Below, piece by piece: positions 7,890 to 15,748 of a stretch of 44,728 nt of DNA (position 1 is its first letter; every line of letters starts with the position of its first letter). The position numbers and the translations under genes are program-made. Origin of the DNA: a virus (Duplodnaviria; Caudoviricetes); IMG/VR virus record IMGVR_UViG_3300049141_000061, positions 1 to 44,728 of that record; one strand, written 5' to 3'. The notes below the pieces were generated by a model that saw only the letters and a list, made by a program, of their open reading frames with translations, did not search any database and had not been told where the DNA came from.

Positions 7890-8681
7890 ATGCAGGTCCC
7901 TTTCACGCGCGCCTTCCGGCACCCGCTGGCAACGCACTCCGCTCTGGACGTACTCGGCTACCGCCGCAACGGCTCGCCGATCTACGCCATCGCGGGTGGC
8001 AACGGCGAGGGCGAAGGCGGATCCGAGTCCGGCGGACAGGCCGGATCCAGTGAGTCCGGCCAGTCCGGACAGAGCGAGTCCCGCGAGTCCGGCCAGTCGG
8101 CTGACCAGGGCGGACAGCAGTCCGGACAGGAATCCGGCGAGTCCGGATCACAGTCCGGCGAAGAGAAGGACTGGAAGGCGCACGCCCGCGAGTGGGAGAA
8201 GCGCGCCAAGGAGAACAAGGCCGAGGCCGACAAGGGCCGGGCCGCGGTCGAGGAGCTGGAGAGGCTCCGCAAGGCGCGGCTCACCGACCAGGAGAAGGCC
8301 GTCGAGGAAGCAGAGCAACGGGGCCGCACGGCCGCCGCCGAGGAGTCCGCGAAGGAAATCACGGCCCGCGACGCGAAGATCAAGGATCTCAGCGCCCAAC
8401 TCGCCGTGTATGGCCGCGCCGAGAAGCACGCCGTCAAGGTCGCTCCGCTCCTCAACAGCCGCTCCTTCTACGAGGCCCTCGGCAAGCTCGACCCCGACTC
8501 CAACGGCTTCGGCGACAAGCTCGACGCCCTCATCAAGGCCGAGCTGAAGGCCAACCCCTCCATCGCCCTCCAGACCGCCGGCAAATCCGGCGGCGACCTG
8601 TCCGGCGGCACCGGTGAAGGAGCCGCGAAGAAGCGCTCCGGATCGCTCGCAGGAGCGATCGCGAACGCATACCAAACCTGA
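7890..8681 (+). CDS. Capsid scaffolding protein
   Basis: Low-complexity S/G/E/Q linker, coiled coil (DWKAHAREWEKRAKEN), immediately upstream of major capsid. Confidence 0.85.
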   Translation: MQVPFTRAFRHPLATHSALDVLGYRRNGSPIYAIAGGNGEGEGGSESGGQAGSSESGQSGQSESRESGQSADQGGQQSGQESGESGSQSGEEKDWKAHAREWEKRAKENKAEADKGRAAVEELERLRKARLTDQEKAVEEAEQRGRTAAAEESAKEITARDAKIKDLSAQLAVYGRAEKHAVKVAPLLNSRSFYEALGKLDPDSNGFGDKLDALIKAELKANPSIALQTAGKSGGDLSGGTGEGAAKKRSGSLAGAIANAYQT

Positions 8682-8698
8682 CCCTCAGGGAGAACCCC

Positions 8699-9763
8699 AT
8701 GCCCGTGACGCTCGCTCAGGCGCAGCTCAACACCCAGGCGGACATCGACTTCGCCGTCATCGACAATCTCCGCCGCAACAGTTGGCTGCTGCGCAACTTC
8801 GTCTGGGACGACACCGTCACCCCGGGCACGGGCGGCGGCTCCCTCACCTACGGCTACACCCGCCTCCTCGCCCCGTCCACGGCGGCGTTCCGCCGGTTCA
8901 ACGAGGAGTACATCCCCTCGCAGGCCACCCGCGAGCGCAAGTCCGTCGAGCTGCACCCGCTCGGTGGCGCGTTCACCGTCGACCGCAAGCTGGCTCGCCT
9001 CGGCCCGGCCGCCTCCAACGAGATCAGCTTCCAGCTCGCGCAGAAGCTCACCTCGATGCGGACCCGCTTCCAGCAGGAGCTGATCCTCGGCGACACCGCC
9101 GTCGACGACGCCGGATTCGACGGCCTCGACAAGGCCCTCACCGGCCAGTCCACGGAGTACCTGCCGCTCAACGAGGGCGTCGCCGCGGGCTACCTCAACT
9201 GGAGCCCGGCCGCGATCACGTCCGAGGACCTCGCCATGGCGGCCTTCGATGCGTTCGACGACTTCCTCTCCCGGATCATGGGCTCGCAGACCGGCTCCGG
9301 TGACACCGGCGCCGAAGGCTCGGTCCCGGCCGGCGTGAAGGCGATCCTCGGCAACACCACGTCGATCGCCCGCATCAAGTCCCTGGCCCGGCGCGCCTCG
9401 CAGTTCACCTCGGACCGCGACAGCCTCGGAATGCAGATCGAACGGTACGGCGACTGGGTCCTCGTCGACCTCGGCGACCGCGCCGACGGCTCCGCCCCGA
9501 TCATCCCGATCCGCTCGGCGGACACCGACGGCGGCGGCGCGGGTGGCACCATCACGGGCCTGACCGACATCTACGCCGTGTCGCTGGGGCTGGACGCGTT
9601 CCACGGCGCGTCGATGGCGGGCACCCCGCTCGTCGAGACATACCTCCCGGACTTCACTCAGCCCGGCGCCGTCAAGAGTGGCGAGGTCGAGATGGGCCCG
9701 GTCGCGGCCGTCCTCCGCAACACCAAGTCGTGCGGCGTGCTCCGCAACGTGAAGGTTCGGTGA
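8699..9763 (+). CDS. Major capsid protein
   Basis: 354 aa after scaffold; MPVTLAQA start, FDGLDKAL, C-terminal GVLRNVKV typical of HK97-fold actinophage capsids. Confidence 0.9.
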   Translation: MPVTLAQAQLNTQADIDFAVIDNLRRNSWLLRNFVWDDTVTPGTGGGSLTYGYTRLLAPSTAAFRRFNEEYIPSQATRERKSVELHPLGGAFTVDRKLARLGPAASNEISFQLAQKLTSMRTRFQQELILGDTAVDDAGFDGLDKALTGQSTEYLPLNEGVAAGYLNWSPAAITSEDLAMAAFDAFDDFLSRIMGSQTGSGDTGAEGSVPAGVKAILGNTTSIARIKSLARRASQFTSDRDSLGMQIERYGDWVLVDLGDRADGSAPIIPIRSADTDGGGAGGTITGLTDIYAVSLGLDAFHGASMAGTPLVETYLPDFTQPGAVKSGEVEMGPVAAVLRNTKSCGVLRNVKVR

Positions 9764-10257
9764 TCAGCGTGAACAGGTACAAGGTCGAAGCCCCCGTCCG
9801 CAGCTACACGGGCGAGTCCGTCGGCGTCTCCTTCCGCAGGGGCACCGGCTTCGTGGACGACTCCACGAAGGACGGCCGTGCGGCCATCGAGTACTTCCGT
9901 CGGCAGGGCTACGCGCTCCTGCCCGTCGAGGACGCCACGGACGGGGAGTCCCTCCCTGAGCCGATCAGCTCCCCGGAAGAGGCGATGAGCAACTTGGGCC
10001 ACGGCTCGGCCCCGTCCGTCGGGCTCGGTATCGGCATCCCCGACGAGCAGCCCCCGGTGACGCCGGTCGAGTTCGACCCGTCGAAGCGCAGCCAGGACGA
10101 GGTCCTGGACTACCTCGACGCGGCCGACGACGAGGAGGTGCAGCGCGTCAAGGCTGCCGAGGCCGCTGGCAAGAACCGTAGGCAGATCGCCGCGTACGAG
10201 CGGAAGACCACCCCCGCGCCGCAGACCGGGGACGACAAGAAGGGACCGTCGGCATGA
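9760..10257 (+). CDS. Putative virion head-associated protein
   Basis: GTGA overlap with capsid gene; C-terminal small helical domain (EVLDYL...EAAGKNR). Confidence 0.65.
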   Translation: MISVNRYKVEAPVRSYTGESVGVSFRRGTGFVDDSTKDGRAAIEYFRRQGYALLPVEDATDGESLPEPISSPEEAMSNLGHGSAPSVGLGIGIPDEQPPVTPVEFDPSKRSQDEVLDYLDAADDEEVQRVKAAEAAGKNRRQIAAYERKTTPAPQTGDDKKGPSA

Positions 10258-10820
10258 CGCTCCTCGGCACGTTCCGCGGGAATCCCCGCAACGATCTGAG
10301 CTGGCTGAACTCGGCCGGCCGCCCCGACCCGGACGTCACCTTCCACCGGGCGAACCTGCCGCGCGTGGGTCTGGACGACGTGGCTGCCGCAGCGTCGGGC
10401 GTGATGTGCTCGGTCGCGCTGTACCTCGCGGACGGTGACACCGTCACGAACCTCACGTTCATCAGCGGCGGTACGGCGGCGGGCACCCCGACGAACTATT
10501 GGTTCGCCCTGTACTCGGGCGCGGGCGCGCTCCTCGCGCAGACCGCGGACCAGCTGACGGCGGCGTGGGCGGCGGACACGGCGAAGACACTCGCCCTGGC
10601 CACCCCCCAGAAGATCACCAAGTCGGGGATCTACTACGCCGCGATCTCCGTGACGGCCACGACCGTCCCGACACTCGTCGGCACCGTCGGCGCGAAGCCG
10701 GTCCTCACCGGCGAAGGCAACCTGTCCCAGACCTCCGGCACCGGCCTGACGGCCACGGCCCCAGCGACGATCGCCACGCCCGCCTTCAAGCGGGCCGTGC
10801 CGCTCGTCATCGCGACCTGA
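10254..10820 (+). CDS. Putative head decoration/structural protein
   Basis: Thr/Ala-rich, beta-type composition; in head operon. Confidence 0.7.
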   Translation: MTLLGTFRGNPRNDLSWLNSAGRPDPDVTFHRANLPRVGLDDVAAAASGVMCSVALYLADGDTVTNLTFISGGTAAGTPTNYWFALYSGAGALLAQTADQLTAAWAADTAKTLALATPQKITKSGIYYAAISVTATTVPTLVGTVGAKPVLTGEGNLSQTSGTGLTATAPATIATPAFKRAVPLVIAT

Positions 10821-10835
10821 TCGGAGGTCTGACTC

Positions 10836-11345
10836 ATGGCTCTGTCCACCACACTGGCGCTCGCCGCGTTCGCCGAGCAGACCAGCACCCTGGATCTGGG
10901 ATCCGCCAAGTTCCCGGCGCGGCTCCAGCGGTCGGTCAACCTGACCGACGGCACAGCCGCGGGCCAGGCAAACCGCGTGTTCTCCGACCGGCGTTCCATC
11001 GCCGCGTCCGGCGCGGAAGACCTCGACCTGGCGGGCGTGTTGCTCGATGCCTTCGGCGCGGCAATCACGTTCGCCCGCATCAAGGGCCTGTACATCGCCG
11101 CCGCGTCGACGAACGTGAACAACGTCGTCGTCGGCGCGGACGCCACCAACCCGTGGGCGACCTTGTTGTCCGCCACGGGAACCATCACTCTCCGCCCAGG
11201 TGCCTGCTTCGCAGCGTTCGCCGGAGCCGCAGACGGCACCGGATACGCGGTCACCGCGGGCACCGGCGACCTGCTTCAAGTCGCCAACTCCGGTGCGGGC
11301 AGCGCGGTCGAGTACGACATCTTCGTCGTCGGCGCGTCCGCGTAA
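10836..11345 (+). CDS. Putative structural protein
   Basis: GGAGG RBS; Ala/Gly/Thr-rich; in head operon. Confidence 0.7.
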   Translation: MALSTTLALAAFAEQTSTLDLGSAKFPARLQRSVNLTDGTAAGQANRVFSDRRSIAASGAEDLDLAGVLLDAFGAAITFARIKGLYIAAASTNVNNVVVGADATNPWATLLSATGTITLRPGACFAAFAGAADGTGYAVTAGTGDLLQVANSGAGSAVEYDIFVVGASA

Positions 11346-11365
11346 TCCGATCCCGCAAGACGCGC

Positions 11366-11396
11366 TGAGGGAGGCCCGGGCGATGGGCTTCCCTCA
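11366..11396 (+). terminator. Intergenic stem-loop (terminator/attenuator)
   Basis: TGAGGGAGGCCC / GGGCTTCCCTCA. Confidence 0.55.
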
Positions 11397-11424
11397 CGCA
11401 CCTCACGCCAGGAGAGGGGGCGCC

Positions 11425-11871
11425 ATGGCCGACGTGGTCGCCAACATCGCCAAGGGCCGCACCCTGTACTACGCCGGGCTGCCCGCGGCCACCGACTCGC
11501 TGATCGCTGTGCCGTTGGAGGCTGCAGGTTTGCCGTCCGACGACGTGCTGCAGGACTACGACACGCTCGCCGACCTGCTCGCGGGGGCCGCCAACGAGCA
11601 GACGACGTTGGGCCGCCAGACCCTCACGGGGGTGGTCGTCTCGGTCAACGACACCGCGAACACTGCGGCGTTCGACGCGAACGACATCTCGTGGACGGCG
11701 GCGACCGGCGCGGCCGTGGGCAAGCTGGTGATCTGCTACAAGCCCGACACGGCCTCGCCCGACTCGGCGATCGTCCCGCTGACCTACCACGACTTCGTGG
11801 TCACGCCGGACGGCACGGACATCGTCGCCCGCGTCCACGCCGACGGCATCAGCGTCACCTCCAACGCCTAA
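11425..11871 (+). CDS. Putative structural (fibre/neck-associated) protein
   Basis: RBS then MADVVANIAKGR...; beta-rich composition. Confidence 0.7.
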   Translation: MADVVANIAKGRTLYYAGLPAATDSLIAVPLEAAGLPSDDVLQDYDTLADLLAGAANEQTTLGRQTLTGVVVSVNDTANTAAFDANDISWTAATGAAVGKLVICYKPDTASPDSAIVPLTYHDFVVTPDGTDIVARVHADGISVTSNA

Positions 11872-11886
11872 CCCGGGGAGGCCGGC

Positions 11887-12741
11887 ATGCCGCTCCTGGA
11901 CACGCTGAAGGACGCCTTCACGGGCGCCCTGGACACCGGGAAGTGGCCCAACTCCTACGGCGACGCGACTGCGGCCGGCGGCCGGGGCCGGATCCCCTGC
12001 AACGTGGGCGGATTCGCCGGGCTCCGCTCCGCCACCACCTACACCCTGGCGGGCTCCCACTTCCTGGTGCGCGCCTACCCGCCCGCAGCGAACGGCGCGG
12101 GCCCGACCGACGCCACGGCACTGTCGCTGCTGGTGCTGAGCTCGACGGGCGGCACGGACGCCGGTTTCATCATCGACACCGCGCAGGGCGCGATGGGCCT
12201 GTACTCGCGGGTGGGCTACGCGGACGGTGGCGCACTGTTCCCGCCGTACGATCCCGTCGCCCACGCATGGCTCCGGCTGAGGGAGACCGGCGGCACCCTG
12301 CTGTGGGAGGCATCCCCGGACAGCTCCACCTGGACCGTGCTGCGCAGCTCCGCGTCCCCGGCATGGACCGCGGCCGCGAATCTGTCGCTCCTGCTGGAGT
12401 CCACGCGCACCGCCGGGACGAACAACGTCGCCGAGGTCGACAACGTCAACCTCCCCACGACTGTCGTCTCCGTCGGGGCCGCCCGTACGACGGCCGTGGC
12501 CCGACCAGTCGCCGGGCAGAAGACGCGTGCCCTTGGTGCCGCCCACACCTCGAGCGGGGCCCGCCCGCTGAGCCCCGCGCACGTCGTCCAGCTCGGCGCC
12601 GCGCGCACACGCGCCCGCGCAGGCACGGTCACGCGCCTGCCTCGACCCGCGCAGACACTCACCGCAGCCAGCGCCGGGCCCACCCTCACCCCGTCCACCA
12701 CCGCGCCCCAGCTGGCCGCGACCTCGACGACAGGAGGCTGA
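11887..12741 (+). CDS. Putative structural protein with lectin/ConA-like beta-sandwich and Thr/Ala-rich tail
   Basis: AWLRLRETGGTLLWEASPDSSTW pattern typical of ConA-like folds; GGAGG RBS. Confidence 0.6.
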   Translation: MPLLDTLKDAFTGALDTGKWPNSYGDATAAGGRGRIPCNVGGFAGLRSATTYTLAGSHFLVRAYPPAANGAGPTDATALSLLVLSSTGGTDAGFIIDTAQGAMGLYSRVGYADGGALFPPYDPVAHAWLRLRETGGTLLWEASPDSSTWTVLRSSASPAWTAAANLSLLLESTRTAGTNNVAEVDNVNLPTTVVSVGAARTTAVARPVAGQKTRALGAAHTSSGARPLSPAHVVQLGAARTRARAGTVTRLPRPAQTLTAASAGPTLTPSTTAPQLAATSTTGG

Positions 12742-12743
12742 CC

Positions 12744-13415
12744 ATGACCGACGTGGGAGACACTGTCACGGCCACCCTGACCGTCGCCCCCTTCGACGGC
12801 ACGACCAGCGCATCCCTCGCAGTCACCGCCCCGAACGGCACAGTGTCGAACCCTGCGACGGGCACAGCGGACGGCGGCAAGACATGGACGGCACCGCTCA
12901 CCTACACCGCGGCCGGACTATGGCGGCTGTCGTGGACAGTGACCGGCACCGGGGCCAGCGTCGAACACGAAGTCGTGTCCGTCGCGCCGGCGCCTGTGGT
13001 CACGATCACGGGCCGCGTGTACGCGACGACGACGGACTGGGCGAACATCCTGCACGAGGCGCCGCCGCTGAACGCGGTGCAGCTCCTCACTGACGCCTCC
13101 CGGGCCCTCGACGATGCGCTGAGGACCGCGGTGTACGACACCGACGCGGACGGCCTGCCCACCGAACCAGCCGTCGCCGAAGCGTTCGCGGAGGCGGTGT
13201 GCCGGATCGTCGAATGGTGGGGCGAGACCGGAGACCCGGTCGGTGCTGACGGCGGCTGGGACAGCGTGTCGGCTGGCCCGGTCAGCCTCTCGCGTGGCTC
13301 GGGCAGCGCGGCCGCAGCGCCGATCGCAGCCGGGACGCTGCCACCGAGGGCGCTGGCCGCGCTTCAGCGAGTGCCGGGCTGCTACCTGTACTTCGGGGTG
13401 ACTTCCGGATGGTGA
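12744..13415 (+). CDS. Head-tail connector (adaptor) with extra N-terminal Ig-like domain
   Basis: N-half beta-rich (YTAAGLWRLSWTVTGTG); C-half VYAT...LLTDASRALD...EAVC...VSAGPVSLS typical of adaptors. Confidence 0.7.
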   Translation: MTDVGDTVTATLTVAPFDGTTSASLAVTAPNGTVSNPATGTADGGKTWTAPLTYTAAGLWRLSWTVTGTGASVEHEVVSVAPAPVVTITGRVYATTTDWANILHEAPPLNAVQLLTDASRALDDALRTAVYDTDADGLPTEPAVAEAFAEAVCRIVEWWGETGDPVGADGGWDSVSAGPVSLSRGSGSAAAAPIAAGTLPPRALAALQRVPGCYLYFGVTSGW

Positions 13416-13729
13416 GGCAGGTCCCCGGGTTCCTGCTCCAGTACCAGGTGCGCGTGGAGCCTTACCTCGGCTCGTCCTCCAAGGGCGGCCTGTACGGCCC
13501 TGTCGAGACGGTGCAGTGCCTGATCGACGAGAAGACGCAGCAAGTCACGTCACCCGGCGGCGAGATCGTCACCTCCGGCTCGTCGTACATCACCCGCCCC
13601 GACCACCGGCCACCCCCGAACAGCCGGGTGACGCTGCCGGACGGACGGATCACGAAGGTCATCACGATCGCCCGAGCCGACGGCGGCCGTCTGCCGGTGC
13701 CGTCCAACACGCAGGTCTTTCTCCAGTAG
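13409..13729 (+). CDS. Head closure/stopper protein
   Basis: 106 aa, position after adaptor, PPNSRVTLPDG motif. Confidence 0.7.
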   Translation: MVRQVPGFLLQYQVRVEPYLGSSSKGGLYGPVETVQCLIDEKTQQVTSPGGEIVTSGSSYITRPDHRPPPNSRVTLPDGRITKVITIARADGGRLPVPSNTQVFLQ

Positions 13730-13738
13730 GAGGTCGCC

Positions 13739-14089
13739 GTGCCGCAGAACTTCCGACTTCGCTTCAACGGAGCTGCGGCATCACGGCAGATCCGCGAGGG
13801 CGCCGCGCGCGGCCTGTACCTTGCCGCCGAGCACGTCCTCAGCAAGAGCGACGAGGTCGTACCGCTCGACGAGGCGGAGCTGCAGCGCTCCGGCACCGCG
13901 AGCGTGGACCCGCCGTCGCTGACCGCGATGGTGTCCTACGACACCGAGTACGCCGTCATCCAGCATGAGCGGCTCGACTTCCGGCACGCACCGGGCCGGA
14001 CCGCCAAGTACCTGGAGAACTCGCTGAACGCGGCCCGCCAGGACGTTGCCGCGATCATCGCCGCCGAGATCCGACGGTCGATGCGATGA
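13739..14089 (+). CDS. Neck/tail completion protein (HK97 gp10-like)
   Basis: VPLDEAELQRSG, YDTEYAVIQHE and AKYLE motifs. Confidence 0.8.
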   Translation: MPQNFRLRFNGAAASRQIREGAARGLYLAAEHVLSKSDEVVPLDEAELQRSGTASVDPPSLTAMVSYDTEYAVIQHERLDFRHAPGRTAKYLENSLNAARQDVAAIIAAEIRRSMR

Positions 14090-14529
14090 GCGCCGAGACC
14101 CACGACGCCGACCTGCTGCAGGGCGTCGCCGAGCTGCTGGACGCCGAGAACGTCGGCACATACGACCCCGACAGCGTCCTGCCCGACGGGGCCACAGGCA
14201 TCGTGCTCGGCAGGGTGCCTGACGGACCGGACCGGGCGATCGGCCTGACCCCGTACCCGGTCGCGGACGACGATTCCACCGACACCGTGACGGGCATCCA
14301 GGCGCGCATGCGCGCGGGCACGAACGCGCTCGACGTGATCCAGCTCGCGAACGACGTGTTCACCGCCCTGCACAACCGGACTTCGTACGACGTGCAGGGC
14401 GTCCGCGTCGAAATCTCCTGGCGCAACTCGCAGGCCTGGATCGGCCAGGACACGCGCGGCCGCATGGAGCTCGTCGCGAACTACTACTTCCGGACCGTGA
14501 GGGCCGGAGCAGCCCACCTGATCGACTAG
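14086..14529 (+). CDS. Tail terminator protein
   Basis: 147 aa immediately before the tail tube gene; GQDTRGRMELVANY. Confidence 0.75.
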   Translation: MSAETHDADLLQGVAELLDAENVGTYDPDSVLPDGATGIVLGRVPDGPDRAIGLTPYPVADDDSTDTVTGIQARMRAGTNALDVIQLANDVFTALHNRTSYDVQGVRVEISWRNSQAWIGQDTRGRMELVANYYFRTVRAGAAHLID

Positions 14530-14537
14530 GAGGACAC

Positions 14538-15011
14538 ATGTCGACCCCCACGGAAGAGAACGAGCTCGCCCGGGAATGGCGGCTGGAGATCAACATGGGT
14601 ACGGATGCAGCACCGGACTGGCAACTGTGCCCCGGTGTCCGCGAGTTCCAGCCCGCCAGCGAGCCGAACATCGAGGACTCGTCGGACTACGACGGCGAAG
14701 GCTGGGCGGGCAATGAGAAGACCGCGCAGTCGTGGGAGCTGTCGGTCACGATCCGCCGCAAGGCCAACAAGGACGTCAAGGTCTACCACCCGGTCCACGA
14801 GAAGATCCGTCTCGCGCACTTCGAGTACGGCGACGCCAACAAGATCCGCTTGCGGTACATGAACCGCGAGGGTCTGCCCGAGGCCTACCAGGGCAAGGCC
14901 ATCCCGAACTGGCAGCCCGCGGGAGGCGAATACACCGCCCTCGGTGAGGTCGAGATCACGTTCACCGGCGATGGCCCGCTCACGCCGATCACGAACCCGC
15001 TGGCGCCCTGA
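14538..15011 (+). CDS. Major tail (tube) protein
   Basis: Strong RBS; C-terminal ITFTGDG motif; position. Confidence 0.85.
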   Translation: MSTPTEENELAREWRLEINMGTDAAPDWQLCPGVREFQPASEPNIEDSSDYDGEGWAGNEKTAQSWELSVTIRRKANKDVKVYHPVHEKIRLAHFEYGDANKIRLRYMNREGLPEAYQGKAIPNWQPAGGEYTALGEVEITFTGDGPLTPITNPLAP

Positions 15012-15538
15012 TGGCGGGCGGGAGCACCTTCGAGTCGCTCGACAACTTCCTCGACGACTACCTCGACCTTCCGGTGATCGGCCGGGACGGAGTCGAGCGC
15101 GTCTACCGCATCGAGGACCCGGCTGCCGAGGACGGTATCCGCATCGAGCGGATCACGTCGCTCGCCGCCCGGCTCGCCGCGGGCGGGAAGGCCCCGGACA
15201 CTCCGGTCCTGGACGACAAGGAGGAGCTGGACCTGTACCGGCTCTGCCTCGGCGATGCCTACGAGGACTTGCGCAAGCAGGTGTCGTGGGGCCGCTTCAA
15301 GCACGTGGCACTCACCGTCATGTTCTGGGTGACCACGGACAAGGACACCGCGGCGGCGTTCTGGAAGACCGGCCAACAGCCGGGAAAAGCCCCGAACCGG
15401 GCGACTCGCCGTCAGCAGGCGAAGCACGCTACCTCGGAGTCGGCCGAGGCGAATACGACCCGATCACCGGCCTCTACGAGTGGTACGAGGGCGGGACGCT
15501 CCCGCCGCCGGGGAAGGCCCGCTCAGGGGCCTCGCTGA
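15011..15538 (+). CDS. Tail assembly chaperone (gpG-like)
   Basis: Between tail tube and tape measure; contains the slippery site. Confidence 0.85.
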   Translation: MAGGSTFESLDNFLDDYLDLPVIGRDGVERVYRIEDPAAEDGIRIERITSLAARLAAGGKAPDTPVLDDKEELDLYRLCLGDAYEDLRKQVSWGRFKHVALTVMFWVTTDKDTAAAFWKTGQQPGKAPNRATRRQQAKHATSESAEANTTRSPASTSGTRAGRSRRRGRPAQGPR

Positions 15539-15744
15539 CATGGCAGCGGCTACTGGAGCAGTGGGCGCTAATCGAGGCCGACCTGCACCAGGTGTACGGC
15601 ATCGACGTGGAGTCCGGCGTGCTGCGCGACCGCTCGTGGCGCTGGCTCCAAATCCGCATCCTCGGCCTGCTCAGCGCTGAGTCCCGCCTGGCCCGGCACT
15701 TCGAGCCACCTCCGAAGAAATCACCACGCACACCCAGGAGGTGA
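15011..15744 (+). CDS. Tail assembly chaperone, -1 frameshift product (gpGT-like)
   Basis: The -1 frame is open from the slippery site to 15744 and encodes WALIEADLHQVYGID...RSWRWLQIRILGLL. Confidence 0.8.
15382..15388 (+). other. Programmed -1 ribosomal frameshift site G-GGA-AAA
   Basis: CCG GGA AAA GCC is in frame with the chaperone gene; XXXYYYZ heptamer. Confidence 0.85.
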
Positions 15745-15748
15745 CCTC

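Noticed and set aside
8020-8160. GAGTCCGG-type DNA repeats
   Set aside because: Explained by the ESGQSG low-complexity linker of the scaffold protein.
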